A stretch of 63,074 nucleotides of DNA, filler included, from Reclinomonas americana ATCC 50394 (Eukaryota): the NCBI GenBank assembly GCA_048213135.1. It is 15 parts of 9 records of this genome, joined end to end, with 100 filler letters (N's around TTAATTAATTAA, not from the genome) between each part and the next. Parts side by side here need not be neighbours in the genome. Positions count along the whole stretch, not along the records: positions 5,061 to 13,411 come from PS015789.1; positions 13,512 to 16,997 come from PS015789.1; positions 17,098 to 23,300 come from PS015789.1; positions 23,401 to 28,595 come from PS015790.1; 11 more parts are not named here. One strand, 5' to 3'. The translations under genes were made by a program, and so were the position numbers. The notes under the pieces were generated by a model. The model was given only the letters and a program-made list of their open reading frames with translations. It had not been told where the DNA came from and ran no database searches. This document shows positions 13,088 through 24,949 of the stretch, in pieces; the first letter of the stretch is position 1, and each line of letters starts with the position of its first letter.

Positions 13088-16000
13088 ATGGACATGCACA
13101 GTCGCTCTCGAGACCATGTGGTGCGCCTCGTCTGAACATGTCTCTCTGCTGCTCTGACACGAGTGTGCTCATCATCCTCGTCACTCCTCGTTGGCAGCGT
13201 TCGAGAAGGCGATCACATCGCACGCGCTCCACATCGCTTTCTCCTCCCACTTTGCCGCCTTCCACTGGCCACACGTCGTCCTCATCAACGTCACCTCCAC
13301 CCGCCTTTGCAAGCACACCGCCTTTGACAAGGAGCACTGGCAGCAAGAGCGAGTCGAACAAGCACTCTGACGCGTTTATTGGCAGCTCTGATGATGATGA
13401 TGATGATGATGNNNNNNNNNNNNNNNNNNNNNNNNNNNNNNNNNNNNNNNNNNNNTTAATTAATTAANNNNNNNNNNNNNNNNNNNNNNNNNNNNNNNNN
13501 NNNNNNNNNNNCTCTTCTCCAGAGTACGAAGCGCCTCTTGCAGCGCTCGCTGGAGCAAAAAGTAAGCACCACGTATCACCCACTGCGAAGAACACGTCAC
13601 ATTTTCACTCTCTCCCTCTTTTCGCCACACGCAGTCAATCTTTATCAGCCGCGTGAGCCACGAGTTCCGTGGCCCCATCATGGCGCTGTCGCAGCTCATC
13701 GAGGAACTCAGTGAGCACCCGTCGGTCACCACCAATCAAAAGGCCATGGATTTAGTTACTGGTGAGTCGGCGCACTGCCTTGTTCTGCGCTATTGTCGTT
13801 GTTGTGCTCACCACGGCACGCAGATGCACATGGAGCTTGCATCGTGCTGGCCAATCTGGCTGACCAGGCGCTGGAGTACATGAAGCTGGTGCGCCTCTTT
13901 GGTACAGCAACCCTTCTCAATTGTCTTTCTGATCCCTGCGGTGTAACAGGATGAGGACTCGGTTGCCGCAGGTGTTTCGCCAACCGCGCAGGCTGCCAGT
14001 GCCGTGCAGCCACTCGTGCAATCGTGCGCAAACGCCTTTGTATCACTAGCAACACAAACTGGCAAGACATTGAGGGTACTGCTACACTCCGCTCCGTCAC
14101 ACTGCCATGGTTTTTTTTTTGACTAGATCGCCCTCTGCTTGCAGTTGGCTCCACTGACGCCTGAGCTGGACCGCTACGTGTTCCGGGATCAGTCAGCCTT
14201 TATTCGTGTCATGTCCAATCTGTTGTCCAACGCGGGTGCGTGTGCTGTGCTCATTCGCCTGCAGTGTTCCCTGTCTTCCTTGCATGTTCTCATCCGTTCC
14301 CGACAGTCAAGTACACGGAGCGCGGAAACATTGTGGTCGAGGTGATACTGCTGGCCGGTATTCCGCGACCGCACCACATACAAGTGTCTGTCACTGACAC
14401 TGGTGTTGGCATTCGCCCGGAGGATCAGGTACTGTTGTTGCTCATCTCTCTCTCTCTCTCTTCTCTCTTCTCCTTCACTCAATTCATCCCTTGTTGTGCA
14501 CACAGGGCAAGATCTTTGAGCCGTTCGAGCAGGCCGGTTCACCAAACACTGGTCGATATTATGGCGTCGGTCTCGGTGCGTCTCAAGCTCCTTTATCGCA
14601 CGTCATCTGATCACTATCTGAATGTGTTCCTCCTTCTACAAGGTCTGAGTATCTGCCGCGAGACCCTGGCCATGCTTGGCGAATCTGTGTGGGTAGAGTC
14701 GCCGCTGGATGTCGTTGCGGGCACGGGTTCACGCTTCTCCTTCACGTTCCCGGTGCACTTTTCGCCCTCGGATCACGAGAGAGAATACGAAGGTGAGTAT
14801 GTCGGGCATGTCGCGAATTAGCTGGCGATAATGGATCGCTGATATTTCTTTTCTGTGATCTCCGCAGCCTCGTCATTAACACGCTCTCGCGGTGTTTCCA
14901 TGTCGGCGGCTACGGGTACCGCACCGACGCCATCATCATTACCTCCTCGGCTGCTGGCCTCCTTGTCGCAGACGCTGTCGTCGTCCTCGTTTTCGTCAGT
15001 GGCGGCAGCAGCGGCGACGGCAGCGATAGCAGCCGGCGCAGCAACCGCCACGGCGACGTATGCGGTGTCGGATGTGCAGACTGCCGAGCACCAAGTAATC
15101 CATCATCCCGTGCACCAGCGACCCATGTCCAGCCGGTCGGCACTGCCGCCGCGCTACGGGCACACCAGAGACCACCGCTTTCTCCATGCAACGCACCCGC
15201 ACCCGCCGCCGCCGCCACCGCCGCCGCCGCCAGGAGTTGCTGGCGATGGCGGTGGTGCATCGGCGATTCCACCAATGGCCGTGGGTGGTCATCGATCCGT
15301 CGCTGTACCGTCGCCCCTAGCTGACAGCGGTTTCAGTCGGAAGCTGCGAAATCGGCGCGGTCACGTCTCGGGCAGCTCGGTCGAGTCGCGTTCGTCGTCG
15401 CGTACCAGTGGCAGCGTACACACGGGTGGCAGCCAGGAGAGCATCACCTATACGCCTGGATCCACGGGAGTGGTGATGCCCCTGGGTTCGCCGCCGCACA
15501 TGGTGGAGTCGTATCGCGCCTCGGGTCCGCGTGGTCGATCAGTGCCGACCTCGCCAGATCTGAGTCCCGGCCGCACGTCACCCGATGCCAGTGGCAGCTA
15601 CGGCGGCGGTGAGGATTCGCGTGTGGGACGCGGCACACTGCTGGAACCTCCTCGCCTCTACGGCAATCACCATTCGCTGTCGGGACCTGCTGCAGAAGCC
15701 GCGGCAACAGCAGCAGCAGCAGCGGTGGCGACGGCGGCAGCAAGAGGTGCGCGACCGAGGACCGCCACAGCCACACGGTGCAGCAGTGACTCGGCGTCAC
15801 TGACGGCCGCCACCGCCGGCGACGAGTCCTCGCGGGCAAGTTCCGCCGAGCTCGCCGCATCAGAGTCGACCACCGGAGCCACACAGAGCGGCATTTCCAC
15901 CAACAGCACGGTGGCGACTGCAGCTGTGGAGGCAGAATCGCGAACATTCCACGTGTTTGTCTGCGACGACAATCGCATGGTGCTGCGACTTGTCGACAGG

Positions 16001-16704
16001 ATGGTCAACAAGCTGTTTACAGAGGTGCGTGCTGAAATCCATCCATTCGCGTCTGTGCGCGTCTGCCGTTGCTCATTGCACGAGCCGCACAGGTCACCAA
16101 GCACTACAAGGTACCGTGGAAACTGCAGACGCACGCATTCGCCAGCGGCGAAGAGCTCCTTGCATTCGCGGCTCGGTTCGTGGAGGACCCACGCGTCAGG
16201 TCGCAATCTGTTCGCGACCTGGTAGTCACCGGTACGCATGTTGTTGTGTTTTTTTGTGTGTGATCTTCACATGTCTCTCACTTTGCTTTCGTGTCGTTTC
16301 TCTCTCGTTTTTCGCGCATGTCCATGCAGACTTTCAAGTTGCGTCTCCCGCTTGTGCTGCTGTACTTCTCACTCTTTCTCTATCCTAAACCTAATCTCGC
16401 GCCTCGCCAGATGCCCGGCCTGAATGGCGAGGAGACGGCACAGCAGTTGAAGCGACTGTTTCGCAATGCCCAGTTGCCCGTTCCGACTGTGGTGTGCCTC
16501 ACCGGCGAGGACGTATTCTACGAGCAGCGCCGTCGCGAATTCACGCGACCTGCTGGAGAGATCGAATCGCCGAGTGGCCTCGATGGCGTAATCCTGAAAT
16601 CAAAGGAGCGCGAAGAGCTCACGGGCATCCTCGAGCGTCTCGTACATCGGGCGCGCGGGGCATGCCACGCCGTAGGTGCATCCTCGGCACAAGTTCGTTC
16701 ATGA
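13088..16704 (+). CDS. Hybrid sensor histidine kinase (HisKA-HATPase-REC); 5' exons before the 13412 gap are tentative
   Basis: H-box FISRVSHEFRGP, N-box VMSNLLSNA|VKYT, G1 VTDTGVGI, F-box IFEPFEQ, G2 GVGL|GLSICR, long S/A/P-rich linker, receiver VFVCDDN..DLVVT|DFQ|MPGLNG..VCLTG..ILKS; TGA 16702-16704. Confidence 0.92.
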
Positions 16705-17097
16705 CGAACAAGTTAGTGCCCCCGAAAAAATACCTATCAATCTCAATGTAGGAATCGCGCAATCACGAATGTGGCACCAAGGGTACGATATACATACCAA
16801 CAAACGTGAGGTCAAACACACACTAAAACGGGAAAAATAAGGAGAAAGCGGACACCACAGCGGTGAAGAGAGAAAAGAGGAGACGAGAGGAGAGGAGAAA
16901 AACAGAACATTCTAGGCAACAGCGAGACCGACAGCAGCACACGCGCAGTACCCATGAAACCAGGCACATGCACACACACACAGCACCGTCCGTCACANNN
17001 NNNNNNNNNNNNNNNNNNNNNNNNNNNNNNNNNNNNNNNNNTTAATTAATTAANNNNNNNNNNNNNNNNNNNNNNNNNNNNNNNNNNNNNNNNNNNN

Positions 17098-19518
17098 AAG
17101 GCGATGCCTCCTCACCACCCGCTGCACCGGCTGACGGCGATGCGGCCGCAGGAGCTGCAGCCTCACCACCCGCCGCCGCAGCAGCAGCCGGAGCGGCGCC
17201 AGAAGGCGAAGTCGCAGCAGCCGCAGCCGGCGACGCGACCAGCTTCTCCTCAATCTTCTTGTCCACCTCGTGCACATCAATGCCGCGCTCCGCCAGCACC
17301 TGCTCACGCGGCTTGGCCGCGCCGAAAATGCTCGACGGTCGTTGATCCGCAAGCTAACACAAGAAACAAGTGTGAGGGAAAGGGAACGACTCGTAAATAC
17401 AGAGTGAAAAAGCGCGCAACAGTGTTCAGGGGCGCATCGGTGCTGCGCGGGGCCAGGTGGAGCACCGGGCGCGGCTTGGCCGGCTCGGCGCCACTGCTGT
17501 GTGGCCTGTCAAACGCTGCAGCGGTAGAGAGGAAGGAGGCAAAGTCAGCAGTTGCAGCAGGCAAAAAAGAAACACACGGCGGCAATATAATAAAAACGAA
17601 ACAGCGCTGTGGTCGGAGCTCACGGCGCGGTCTCTCGGCGTTGAAGACGTTGACGAACAGCTTGTTGGCACGGAGAGGCTGGCGAAGCGAGAGGGGTGGG
17701 AGGTGAGTGTGCGGGCGACGCATGTGGGGTGAATGAGAGACAGAATATGCGCTTGCTCACGATTCCATCCTTGGCCACGGCCGCCTTCAGTGCGTCGAGG
17801 CTGTTGAACTGCACGTATGCATAGGGGCGGTCGGTTTGGAACAAACGAATGTCCTCGACGCTCTCCTGCAAGCACACCAGTGGGTGAGTCGAGGCGCTCC
17901 ACACACACACACGGGCGACCGGCGGGCGAGCGAAACTCCAATGTCCTGGAAAAAGTGGAAAATGTCGTCTTCCGTGGTCTTGTCGTCGATGCGGTCGACG
18001 TACACGGCAAATGGCGGTCCCTCCGGCAACACCACCGGCGGTCGGGTCGACGACGGTGGCGCAGCACCACCTTCGCGATCGCGACCGAACGAGTACTCGC
18101 GACGCTGTGCCATGGAAAGAGAGTCAACAACACGAAGACGCTACTTCCTTGCCAGATGATGACGACGACGAAACTGGGCGGTCCTGGCGAGACTCTGGCG
18201 GCGGGCCCGACGGCACCTCGCCCCTGCGCACATCACCCCAGTCCAAGTCGTCGCGGGGAGGCGGGCTGTTGGACAATGATCAACGATGACAAACGTGAGT
18301 CTCGTGGTGGCGGTCACACGCTAATAAATCGGCGCACACATGCCACACGCACCGCTCGCCACGGCCGCCCTCACGCGGTCCACCAAAGCGATCACCGCCA
18401 CGATCACCACCACGATCGCCACCACCGTAGCGATCGCCGCCACCACGGTCGCCACCACCATAGCGATCTCCGCCGCCACGGTCGCCACCTCCGTAGCGAT
18501 CGCCGCCACCGCGGTCGCCACCGCCACCAAAGCGATCGCCACCGCCGCGGTCGCCACCGTACGAACGGCGTTCGCCGCCACCTCCGTACCGGTCGCCGCC
18601 ACCGCGATCGCCGCCACCGCGATCGCCACCACCATAACGATCACCGCCACCAAAGCGATCGCCACCACCACCACCACCCCTCGGAGGAGGCGGACCCTCG
18701 CCGCCCGAGCGCCAATTGCTGCTGGTCTCGGAGCGAGTCGGGCCGGCATCGGCCTCGTCCTCACCACCAGCATCGCTGCGCTCACGACGCCGATCACCAC
18801 CGCGTTCACGATCGCCGCCCGCCCATGCACCACCTCGCGGAGGCTGATACGCATTGGGGTTGGGCGCCGAACCGCCGCCCGAGCCAAGATTCGGCAGATT
18901 CGACGACAGGCCAAGAATGTCTGCATTACGCACAGCATGATCAGCTGCTGCCCAATACACACACACACACACACGATGCCAGCAAGCAAGCATGCACGCA
19001 CCATCGTCACCGGCATCGGCCCAGCTGCGCTCTGTGTGTGTGCACACGAATGCAGGAGTGGTGTGAGTGAACATTCCTCCTCTCTCTCATTGTGCTCTCC
19101 GTGTGGAATATCGCAAGAGCACGCGACGCAACTGGGATCCACCATGCCTGACAGCACCACTGTCTTGCTGCCCTTCTTATCCTTCTTCTTGTCCTTCTTG
19201 CCCTTGCCGCCGGCCTCGTCGCCGCCGCCACCCGCAGCGCCACCAGAGGCCCACTCTGCGCAAACCAAAAAAGGACAGTCATCAGCATCTCACACACAAG
19301 AGAAAGTTGCATGTGTATGTGAGGGGCTAAATCGAGGAGAGTGCGTGTGTGTGTGTGCTGGCGTGCTGCTGCCGATGTGCATGCCGACGCACATTTCGCA
19401 CACAAAACACACGATTTTATCCCCCGCGCTGCCTCTCTCCGCCCCCTCTCCGCCACCAACACACAACGCGCACACGCATGCGACACAGACACGCACCGTC
19501 AAGATCCCGATCGCCCAT
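17098..19518 (-). CDS. EIF4B: Translation initiation factor eIF4B-like (basic N-terminus, DRYG/RGG repeats, RRM, eIF4B/H C-terminal motifs)
   Basis: ATG 19518. KKDKKKDKKGSKTVVL, KRSWADAGDD, GGDRYGGGDRG repeats, RRM LPEGPPFAVYVDRI..YAYVQF, RPVLHLAPRS, SIFGAAKPREQVLAERG. Confidence 0.85.
18380..18680 (-). repeat. Coding tandem repeat GG(G)DR(Y/F/G)
   Basis: Repeated GGCGATCGC/GGCGACCGC units encoding GGDR. Confidence 0.9.
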
Positions 19519-20103
19519 TGTTGCAAATGAAAAGTTCCGAGGGACAGTCACCGCGCGAGCGGAACTGTCCGCTGTATCCACTCACTCACACACTCAGGAG
19601 GCGAGACACACGCGGTCACGCACAGAGAGAGAGAGGGCGTCTCACAGAGCGTGTCTCTCGCGTTGTGCTGGTCGATTTGCGCGCAATGATGCAGCAAGGT
19701 GTGAAAGTGTGCCAGTTTGACCGAGATCCTCTCTCTCTCGTGTGTGTACTCTTCTGTGCGTGTGTGCGGGTGTGCGAGAGAGTGAGAGAGAGTGTGTGCG
19801 CGCGCGTGCGTTTGTTCATCGCACGCAGAGTCCACGGTGACTGCGTCCACAAATGCACACGCGCGCGCGAAAAACGACACAGAAACAGAGCGGAAAAGAG
19901 CGACTTCTCACGCGCGCGCACAGACATGACGCGTTGTGTGTGTGAGAGAGTGCGTGTGTGCGAGCGAGCGAGAGCAGTACTTGTCTCTATCACGCGCACG
20001 TGCACTTGTTCGCGAATAGGTCATTATTGACCAGCAGTGATTGATTGCCTCATCACTCAATCACACTCATTTCGCACACACTCATTTTCTCTCATTCTCT
20101 CAG

Positions 20104-23100
20104 CTGCGCGATCGATTGACGAGGCGCTGGCGATGTTGCCGCGTGGGCAGGCGTGGGATGTGGAGTCGGTGACCAACGAGGTGGGCGATGAGAGCTCACA
20201 AAATCACGCGCACTCTCTTTCTCAATCTTGTGTGCGTGTGCGCGCGCGTCAGCTCNNNNNNNNNNNNNNNNNNNNNNNNNNNNNNNNNNNNNNNNNNNNN
20301 NNNNNNNNNNNNNNNNNNNNNNNNNNNNNNNNNNNNNNNNNNNNNNNNNNNNNNNNNNNNNNNNNNNNNNNNNNNNNNNNNNNNNNNNNNNNNNNNNNNN
20401 NNNNNNNNNNNNNNNNNNNNNNNNNNNNNNNNNNNNNNNNNNNNNNNNNNNNNNNNNNNNNNNNNNNNNNNNNNNNNNNNNNNNNNNNNNNNNNNNNNNN
20501 NNNNNNNNNNNNNNNNNNNNNNNNNNNNNNNNNNNNNNNNNNNNNNNNNNNNNNNNNNNNNNNNNNNNNNNNNNNNNNNNNNNNNNNNNNNNNNNNNNNN
20601 NNNNNNNNNNNNNNNNNNNNNNNNNNNNNNNNNNNNNNNNNNNNNNNNNNNNNNNNNNNNNNNNNNNNNNNNNNNNNNNNNNNNNNNNNNNNNNNNNNNN
20701 NNNNNNNNNNNNNNNNNNNNNNNNNNNNNNNNNNNNNNNNNNNNNNNNNNNNNNNNNNNNNNNNNNNNNNNNNNNNNNNNNNNNNNNNNNNNNNNNNNNN
20801 NNNNNNNNNNNNNNNNNNNNNNNNNNNNNNNNNNNNNNNNNNNNNNNNNNNNNNNNNNNNNNNNNNNNNNNNNNNNNNNNNNNNNNNNNNNNNNNNNNNN
20901 NNNNNNNNNNNNNNNNNNNNNNNNNNNNNNNNNNNNNATGCAACTGTTGCCGAACCGTCACTGGGAGGATGTGCGTGCGGAGTTGGGCGCGCTTGTCAAC
21001 GATGTGCAGGTGAGTGAGGGGAGAGATGAGAGGAGGAGCGATTTTCGCCGAGAAACAAAGATTCTTTGTGTTCTTTCCGGCACAGCTTGGGCCCCTTCTT
21101 CTTCTTCTCCTTCTACTTCTCCCTCCTCCTCTTCGCTTCCCTCTCCTGCTCCACTCACTCTTTTGTGTGTGCGCGCTCCCTGGCTTACCTCTCCACGCGT
21201 CCGCGCATGGCCTCTGCTTTTCATAATTTTTGTGATGGTGTTGGTTTTTAGCAAGCTTCCTTTCCATCGTCGTCTGTTTCTCGTGAACTGCATGTCTGTC
21301 TTCGCGACCCTTCTCATCATCGCTGCTTGCTGGTGGTGCTGGTGGCCGCTGTACGGAGTGCGATCCGAATGCGAACAAATGATTGCTCGATTTCTCTTTT
21401 TTCCCTTTCCCCTTAAGGCCGGCGAGCAGTTCGAGTCTTGCGCTTCTGTCTTTCTTGTGCTAGCGTCGTTCAACGTATCGTCCGCTGTGCCTGCTGGGTG
21501 TCGTGTGCTGTCCCCGTTTTATGAATGCTGGCGCTTGTCGGCCGAACAAACCATGGGTCGCTGTGCTCACGACTCCCGTCTGCACAGCACATTGAATTCG
21601 ACAAGACGCGCGACATTGAGATGGTATCGATGAACCAAGTTGCGTGGATTCACCTGACGTTTTGCATTGCCGTGGCCACGAAAATAACTAACCCACTTGT
21701 CCACAGTCGTACCTTCGTCGCCTGATGGAGCCTGTGGCGGCGCTGCAGGAGGTAACATGCGCGTGGTTGTCTGTTACTCTGCGCTCTCTGTGAGGTACTT
21801 ACCGTTACTGTGTGTGTGCGTGCGTGCGTGCGCATGTGCAGACCATGATGGGTCCGGGCGACGTGCCATCCATGATGCCACTGGTTGGTGTCCGCCGTCA
21901 CTCTCTTTCACTGCATCTTGTTTTTGCCACTCACCTTTTCTTGCACTGAACAGCAGCAGAACCGTGGAGGTCCGGGCGGCCTGGCTAACGGCGGCATGGC
22001 GCAAAACATACCGTCGATGATGTCGACAGGCGGCGGCGATGCTTCGGCGGCGGCCGGCGGTTTCGCACCTCCATCGCAAATGCGGCAGCAGCAGCAGCAG
22101 CAGGTGACGCATCACTGTCGCCGAATGGAGCTTGCGTGTGTCTTGCCGTTTGCTTTCTGCTCACTGTTTGTTTGTTTTATTAGGCCAACGGTCCATCGTC
22201 GCTGCCGGGCTCACGCAAGAGGGAGCCGGCGGCGCCTCTCAATGAGTCCATGGGTGCACCGGTCAGCAAGCGTCGCAACTCGACAGAGCAGCCGGCGGCC
22301 GTGCAGCCGCAACTCGCACCAGGAGCGATGGCCATGTCGCCGTCGATGGACAATACGGCTGCTGGTGTGGCTTCCGCTGTTGCCGGTGGCATGCAGTCGC
22401 CGTTTCCAAATGCTGGGCTGGCATCACACCTGGCCGGCTTGCATGCCATGTACGGTTCGCTACCTGGCGGCTCACATGTTGCCAGTCAATTGTCTCGCAT
22501 GGCATCTGCCGTGCAGCTGACAGCGGCGACGCCTACAGGTGGTGGAACGTCGCCGCTGTCGCAGTCGCCCTCGTCGGCTTCATCGGGAACGGCTGCTGCC
22601 GCCGCCGCCGCTGCCGTTGCTGCTGCGGCGGCGGCTGCAGGGGTCCCGCAGCCGGTGGGTATGCCCTCGCTGCAGCAGCTTGAGACCGGCATGTCTGCCG
22701 GTACCTTCAGCGGGTTGCCAATGCTGCCGGGAGCTCAGATGCAGTCTTTTCATCCGTCACCACCGCCTGGCATGATGTTCCCGCCCTCACATCAGCAGCA
22801 GCAGCAACAACAACAACAACAACAACTGCACCAGCAGCAGCAACAGCAACAGTTTCAGCTCGGTCGGTCACCGGCCATCTCCAACGGTGGCGTCGGCTCC
22901 AGCAGTTCACCTTCTTCATCGCCCGGAACCTCGCCGACTGGGATCATGTCGGCCAATACACCGGGGACGACGGCAATGACGGCGGCCGCCAATGGTGCTG
23001 CCGCTGCTGGTGCGCTGTCCAGCATTGCCGACATGCTCGGTGCCGGCAACCAGAACAGCGTCAGTGCCACCGTGGTCACGGGCAGCTTCCTCTCGCCTCA

Positions 23101-24303
23101 AGGCGTCACCAATCCCACTTCGGTTGCTGCAGCTGCTGCGGCTGCGGCGGCTGCGGCCGCTTCATTTGGCAGCGCTGGTGCAGGTGGTGGCGGCGTCACT
23201 GCTGCTGGCGGCGGCAGCGGAGGTGGTAGTGGCGGTGGTCGACCAGGAAGTATCACACCACTGCCACCCACATCGGCTTCGGTTACCGAGGCCATGCTCC
23301 NNNNNNNNNNNNNNNNNNNNNNNNNNNNNNNNNNNNNNNNNNNNTTAATTAATTAANNNNNNNNNNNNNNNNNNNNNNNNNNNNNNNNNNNNNNNNNNNN
23401 GCAGCAGCAGCAGCAGCAGCAGCAGTTTTCGCAAATGTCCATGCCGGGCATGAATGCGGCAGCCACGGTGCCGGCGGGTATGATGCGAATGACGCCCACG
23501 CAGGTTGGGACCATGCCAGTGCAGTTTGGCGCCGGTTCGCAGTTTTCTTCGGGCACCGGACCCGGTGACATGCCGATGATGCCAGGCGGGGCTTCGATGC
23601 CTGGAGGCATGCAGTTATTCACGATGCCGACGTCGAACATGTCCAACTTTTCCATGCCGCAGCTGCCGGGGGCCACCGGGCAGTTCATGGCCCCGGTGCC
23701 TGCTCCGCCCGGTCATATGCAGCAGCAGTTTAACAGGTTGCACACGCCTCAGCCGCCGCAAGTACCGTCGATGCCGCAGATGCCGCTTCAGCAAGTCACC
23801 GCACCCCAGGCAGCTGCAGCGTACTTTTCGTCGATGATGGGCACGCCGCCGGGAGCACCGTACGGACCTCAGCCGCCAAGCACGCTGCGTTTCGCCGCCG
23901 GCATGCCCACTGGACCCACACCGGCCGGCTCCACTGCAACCACCACGAACACCACTGCCACCGCCATGCCGAGCGTGAATGGCGGCGCCACCATGATGAT
24001 GCCCGGCGGTCATTCACTCATGCAACCGCAGCAGCAGCAGCAGCAACAGCAACAGCAGCAGCAGCCGCAGCAGCAACACATGATGATGTCGTTGCCGCCG
24101 GGGATGATGAACCAGTTCATGATGACGACGGCGGGTTCACCGGGCATGCCTGGTGCACCACCGTCGATGATGCCGCAGCTGGCGCCGCACGGGAATCTCC
24201 CTGGCATGATGCCTACCGGTGCCATGGGTCCACTAAGCATACCGCAGCCATCGCCACAGTTTGCCGGAGCACCCACATTCATGGGCACTAGTACGCCTCC
24301 ACC

Positions 24304-24335
<32 letters not shown>

Positions 24336-24783
24336 GACAGTCACCTTCATCGTTGTCGGGCACGTCGTCGCAACCACAACAGCAGTCGTCGCAACAACAA
24401 CAGCCAACTTCGCGACAATCGATGCATAATGGTGGTGGCGGTGGCGCCGTGGCTGCCAGTTCTCCGCGTGGCGGTCTTGCTGGCAGCGGCTCCGCGTTGA
24501 CGGCGCTGGCCTCGAGTCCCGCTCCTGCCACGGCTCCGGCGCCTCCTGTGCACGATCCGCCCAACAGCACAACCAATGGTATGCCTACGTCGGTGAGCAG
24601 TGCGCAAGTCAACGGTAACGACACGTCTGCGCCAAGTGGGGTCATTTCCAACGAGGCGCTCGGCTACGGCCTGTTTGAGGAGCTGCGAGACCAGGATGTT
24701 TTTAATACGGTACGTTATTGGATGCCGTCGCCTCGTGTTAGGCGACCGACTGACTGACTCGTTGTACTTCACAGACCATGTAA
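20104..24783 (+). CDS. Large Q/P/M/A-rich low-complexity protein with a short globular N-terminus; spans two gaps, start uncertain
   Basis: In-frame spliceable exons ..SIDEALAMLPRGQAWDVESVTNE|..LLPNRHWEDVRAELGALVNDVQ|HIEFDKTRDIEM|SYLRRLMEPVAALQE|.. then long polyQ exons, ending DQDVFNT|TM* at 24783. Confidence 0.55.
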
Positions 24784-24949
24784 TGTTGAGGATGTATGCA
24801 GCCGTCAGGCGTAGGAAAATATTTGTAAACAGTGAAGCAATCCCCCCCCGTGTGTATGGATGGAGTCAAACACATTAACTTGATTTTTCACATGGGGAGT
24901 TGCTAAAGAAGAAAAGTGTGAAAGCGTGTGTATGTGCACCTTTCGAGAC

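Noticed and set aside
13630..14792. Histidine kinase as bacterial contamination or very recent transfer
   Set aside because: Carries many host-type spliceosomal introns, and hybrid kinases are normal in non-animal eukaryotes.
17817..19530. Long plus-strand His/Arg- and Ala/Thr-rich ORFs
   Set aside because: Antisense shadows of the GGDR repeat of eIF4B.
21624..21632. Possible U12-type donor (GTATCG)
   Set aside because: Lacks the GTATCCTT consensus and a clear TCCTTAAC branch site.
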